Assembly: GCA_963735875.1 (NCBI GenBank)
Contig: CAVTMO010000010.1
Span: 27,095 to 91,094 of the forward strand
Length of the DNA stretch: 64,000 nucleotides
Reading direction: 5' to 3'
DNA from: an uncultured Acidobacteriota bacterium
Lineage (GTDB): Bacteria; Acidobacteriota; Vicinamibacteria; Vicinamibacterales; UBA2999
The notes under the pieces are model-generated. The model had not been told where the DNA came from, ran no database searches, and saw only the letters and a list, made by a program, of their open reading frames with translations. Below, in pieces: positions 61,055-64,000 of this stretch. A program made the translations under genes and the position numbers. Position 1 is the stretch's first letter, and each line of letters starts with the position of its first letter.

Positions 61055-62392
61055 CTACGGCATGTCGTGGCATGTCTGACAGTCCTGCTGAATGGCCCTG
61101 CCGTCGGCCGTCTTGTGGTTGTCGTCGTGACAACGGAAGCAGCCCGGAAAGGCCACATGACCGATGTTGTTCGGATAGGTGCCCCAGCCGACCCTCATCG
61201 CCGGGAACACGTTGCGGGCATAGACGCCCTGGACGCCGGCGATCATGCGGGCCAGCGACGGCGCCTCGGCGGGATAAGCCTCACGCATCGCCCGCTCGAT
61301 CCCGGTCATCGCCGCCTGTCGTGAGTCGAACGAGGCCTGCAGCGCCGCCACCGCTTGGCGTCGGGCGAACGGCAGATCCCTGGGAATCTGTCCGCGCGCG
61401 ATGGCGGCGTCCACGGCCCGCTCCGGACCGGAGTCGAAGGTGTGGGCCGGGCGGTTGTGGCAGTCCATGCAATCCATCAGGCGGTGCTCGCCGGCCGCCA
61501 GCGTCGCCGGCGTCGTGCCGGCGACCACGTACTCGGTGACGCGGCCGTCGCGATCGGTGAACTTGACCCACGGAATCGTCTGGCGCTCCGCATCGAGGGC
61601 GATGTACTCGACGCGGTTGTCGATGTTCATGTGCCAGTGGATGCCGCTGCCGGATCCGGCCTGGCCGCCGCCGACGTGGAGCTGCAGGGTCGTCACCGTC
61701 TCGGAGCTCTTCTCGTCGTCGGCGTACTCGCGGATCTGCCGCAGGGTGTCGCCGTGCATCTTCTCGGGCCAGTGGCAGTTGGCGCAGGTGTCGCGGGCCG
61801 GCCGCATCGACCGTACCGGAGCGGGCACCGGTGCCGGGACGTTGCCGGTGAGCAGGTGCCACAACTGCCGGGTGCCGGCCAGCTTCGCTTCGACCTGTGC
61901 CTCGGCGCCGGGACCGACGTGGCACGACACGCAGGAGACCCTGGCGTGCGCACCTACCTGATAGGCGGTGTATTCCGGCTCCATCGTCGTGTGGCAGGTG
62001 GTGCCGCAGAACGCCGCCGACTCCATGTGGTGCACCGCGCCGTAGGCGGCCAGCGAGAAGATGATCACGTTGACCAGCGTGAGCAGGGTCACGCCGAAGA
62101 GGAGCGTGCGTGTCCGCGGCCGCCGCAGATCGATCACCGGCCAGTCTTCTGGCAGTTGGCCCAGGGCGAGCAGCCGGCGGCGCCGCCAGATGCCGAGCGG
62201 GATCAGGAGCAGCCCGAGCAGGAACACCGCTGGCACGGCCACGAACAGCAGCAGTCCCAGGTAGGGATTACGCAGCAGGCCGCCGACCTCGAGCGCCAGC
62301 AGCACCAGGAACAGCACGGCCATCGCCGTGGCGATCGCCGCGCCGACGAGGCTGGTCGGGTTCCGCGCCGCGGATGGCAGGTCGATGCGCAT
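61055..62392 (-). CDS. NapC/NirT-family 3-TM multiheme cytochrome c (ImcH-like)
   Basis: Three TM segments (NPYLGLL...); hemes CGTTCH (CX3CH), CVSCH, CANCH, CMDCH, CFRCH, CQTCH; 445 aa from ATG 62392. Confidence 0.85.
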   Translation of the reverse strand: MRIDLPSAARNPTSLVGAAIATAMAVLFLVLLALEVGGLLRNPYLGLLLFVAVPAVFLLGLLLIPLGIWRRRRLLALGQLPEDWPVIDLRRPRTRTLLFGVTLLTLVNVIIFSLAAYGAVHHMESAAFCGTTCHTTMEPEYTAYQVGAHARVSCVSCHVGPGAEAQVEAKLAGTRQLWHLLTGNVPAPVPAPVRSMRPARDTCANCHWPEKMHGDTLRQIREYADDEKSSETVTTLQLHVGGGQAGSGSGIHWHMNIDNRVEYIALDAERQTIPWVKFTDRDGRVTEYVVAGTTPATLAAGEHRLMDCMDCHNRPAHTFDSGPERAVDAAIARGQIPRDLPFARRQAVAALQASFDSRQAAMTGIERAMREAYPAEAPSLARMIAGVQGVYARNVFPAMRVGWGTYPNNIGHVAFPGCFRCHDDNHKTADGRAIQQDCQTCHDMP

Positions 62393-62403
62393 CGCCGGCC
62401 GCG

Positions 62404-62757
62404 CTACGGCTTCTTCTGGGCGAGCAGGTAGGCGACCAGCGCGTCGAGATCGTCCTTGGGCAGGTTGGGGTAGGCGCGCATCACCGGCTTGCGCGTGGCG
62501 TTGGCCTTGGCGGTCATCTCGGCGGGATTGACGATCCACTGCCGGATCTCGTCGGCGCTGAGCTTCGAGCCGACGTCGTCGAGCGGGCCCTTGGCCTGGC
62601 CCTTGCCCTCCAGCGAGTGGCAGATCGAGCACTTCTGGGCCGCGTACACCACGGCGCCGCGAGCGGCATCGGCGGCCGCCGGGGCCTGCGTCGCCGCGCT
62701 CGCCGGTCGGCACTGACCAAACACGACCAACACCAGGAGGCACATCGCTCGGGTCAT
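62404..62757 (-). CDS. Periplasmic monoheme class I cytochrome c
   Basis: Signal peptide, RGAVVY...CSICH, WIVNP, candidate distal Met in PVMRAY, LVAYL. Confidence 0.88.
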   Translation of the reverse strand: MTRAMCLLVLVVFGQCRPASAATQAPAAADAARGAVVYAAQKCSICHSLEGKGQAKGPLDDVGSKLSADEIRQWIVNPAEMTAKANATRKPVMRAYPNLPKDDLDALVAYLLAQKKP

Positions 62758-62827
62758 CGGCTTCTCCGCTCCTTCCGCTGTCGACCGGGTCGTGCGCGAG
62801 CGTGACAACCGGTCGGGGTGGGGCTTC

Positions 62828-62892
62828 AGCAAATCACGGACAGCGACTCGAATTCAGCGGGAAAGAATCCCCAGAGCGCGGACGTTTCCCCA
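62828..62892 (-). promoter_or_regulatory. Imperfect sigma54 promoter with two upstream GGGGA...TCC(C)GC sites
   Basis: CTGTCC-GTGAT-TTGCT lacks the -25 G (one dropped G would give TGGTCC-N5-TTGCT); TGGGGATTCTTTCCCGCT and TGGGGAAACGTCCGCG upstream. Confidence 0.4.
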
Positions 62893-62900
62893 CGGCGACT

Positions 62901-64000
62901 TCAGGGAAGCAAGAGAAGGGCTCCGCCAACCGCCACGAGCATCAGCGCCAGCGCGCCGCCGGCAATTGCCCGGAACCTCTGACCGCCCAGGAAGACCGCC
63001 AGCCCCAGTTTCATCGCCGTATTCGCCAGCACCCCAATCGCGATGGCGGTGGCGGCGACAGCCGGCGAGACCGTCTGCGCAACGCCCCTCGCCATCGACA
63101 CCGTGAGGGCGTCCACGTCAGTGAGTCCGAGGACCGCCGCCGACGTGAACACGCCGGATTGTCCCCACACCGCCCTGACCAGGTAGACGGCCATCAGCAC
63201 CGCCTGGAAGAGGATGGCCATCTGAAGCGCCGCAGCCAGTTGGAGCGGATTGTGCTGCGGGACTTCACGCGTTCCAGCCTCCGGGTCGCGGCGGGTCCCC
63301 AGGGCAGCCACGAGCGCCGCCACCAAGGCGGGCGCGGCGAGATAGGGAACGAGCGGCGGGACTACCGCCGCGTTGAGTATGGCCGTGGCGACCAACACTC
63401 GCGGATAGAGCATGGCATTCGCGGCCACAGCCCCGAACGCAAGAGCGCGATCCGCCGTCGGCTCGCTCCGGCTGATTCGCGCGAAGGTGAACGTCACGTT
63501 GGTGGACGATACCAGGCCCCCGAGCAGTCCAGCGACGAGGTAACCATGGCCCGGACCGGCAACACGACGCGCCACGTACCCGGCGAAACTCAACCCCGAA
63601 AAGAACAGGACCAGCGCCCATAGCTCGCGGGGCCGAATCCCGCCAAGCGGACCGAACGGCCCTTCCGGAAGCAATGGCAGGACGACGAGGGCCATGACGG
63701 CGAATCGCACGCCCGACTGCAGATCCACATCGTCGATCCGCTGCACCAGCGCGTGCAGCCGCGATTTCTCGACCAGCAGCAAGGCGACGAGGGCGATGAT
63801 GCCGCTCGCGAGCCGGATCGCTCCCATGCCGGCGAGCAGACCGGCAGCCAACACCACGAGGGCCGCGACCTCCGTCGTCCCGTCGATATCGTGCCGACTG
63901 CCGGCAACGTAGGCCGCGGCCACGACCGCAACGGCTCCGGCGAACAGGATCGCCGCCGGCGCGGTGATGCCGGCGGCCCACAACCATCCGCTGAATCCAC
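62901..64000 (-). CDS. MgtC/SapB-DUF4010 membrane protein; 5' end outside the window
   Basis: DGTTEVAAL, LPLLP.GP, GLLGGLVSST, LGLTDVDA, ANTAMK. Confidence 0.88.
   Translation of the reverse strand, partial: GFSGWLWAAGITAPAAILFAGAVAVVAAAYVAGSRHDIDGTTEVAALVVLAAGLLAGMGAIRLASGIIALVALLLVEKSRLHALVQRIDDVDLQSGVRFAVMALVVLPLLPEGPFGPLGGIRPRELWALVLFFSGLSFAGYVARRVAGPGHGYLVAGLLGGLVSSTNVTFTFARISRSEPTADRALAFGAVAANAMLYPRVLVATAILNAAVVPPLVPYLAAPALVAALVAALGTRRDPEAGTREVPQHNPLQLAAALQMAILFQAVLMAVYLVRAVWGQSGVFTSAAVLGLTDVDALTVSMARGVAQTVSPAVAATAIAIGVLANTAMKLGLAVFLGGQRFRAIAGGALALMLVAVGGALLLLP

Overview
GC-rich bacterial chromosomal window with about 60 genes and no rRNA, tRNA, CRISPR array or transposase. Oar-type TonB-dependent receptors, outer-membrane barrels and the gene content point to a diderm, plausibly Acidobacteriota such as Vicinamibacteria (inference only). 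About 18 otherwise well-conserved genes are split by single-base indels, which look like long-read consensus errors, so genes were reassembled across frames. Main blocks: an ECF sigma/cupin anti-sigma pair and a lipoprotein sortase (1-3.1 kb); a probable sigma54-driven porin/DUF2092/HTTM/HAD operon divergent from an FGE-NTT pair (7.4-16.3 kb); a MetE-like protein coupled to a PAS hybrid kinase (17.9-21 kb); a LacI-controlled glycoside oxidation-elimination type locus with no glycoside hydrolase (21-36 kb); a KaiC-like ATPase coupled to a hybrid kinase (37.5-40.6 kb); three ArsR-SRPBCC modules; and vapBC apparently sitting in the 5' end of an L,D-transpeptidase gene. The best candidate for a novel system is at 57.9-62.8 kb: a four-gene electron conduit of monoheme cytochrome c, ImcH-like 3-TM hexaheme NapC/NirT cytochrome, decaheme MtrA/PioA and MtrB/PioB porin, with no MtrC. 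The MetE-kinase pair is second. All assignments come from reading motifs by eye; no searches were run.
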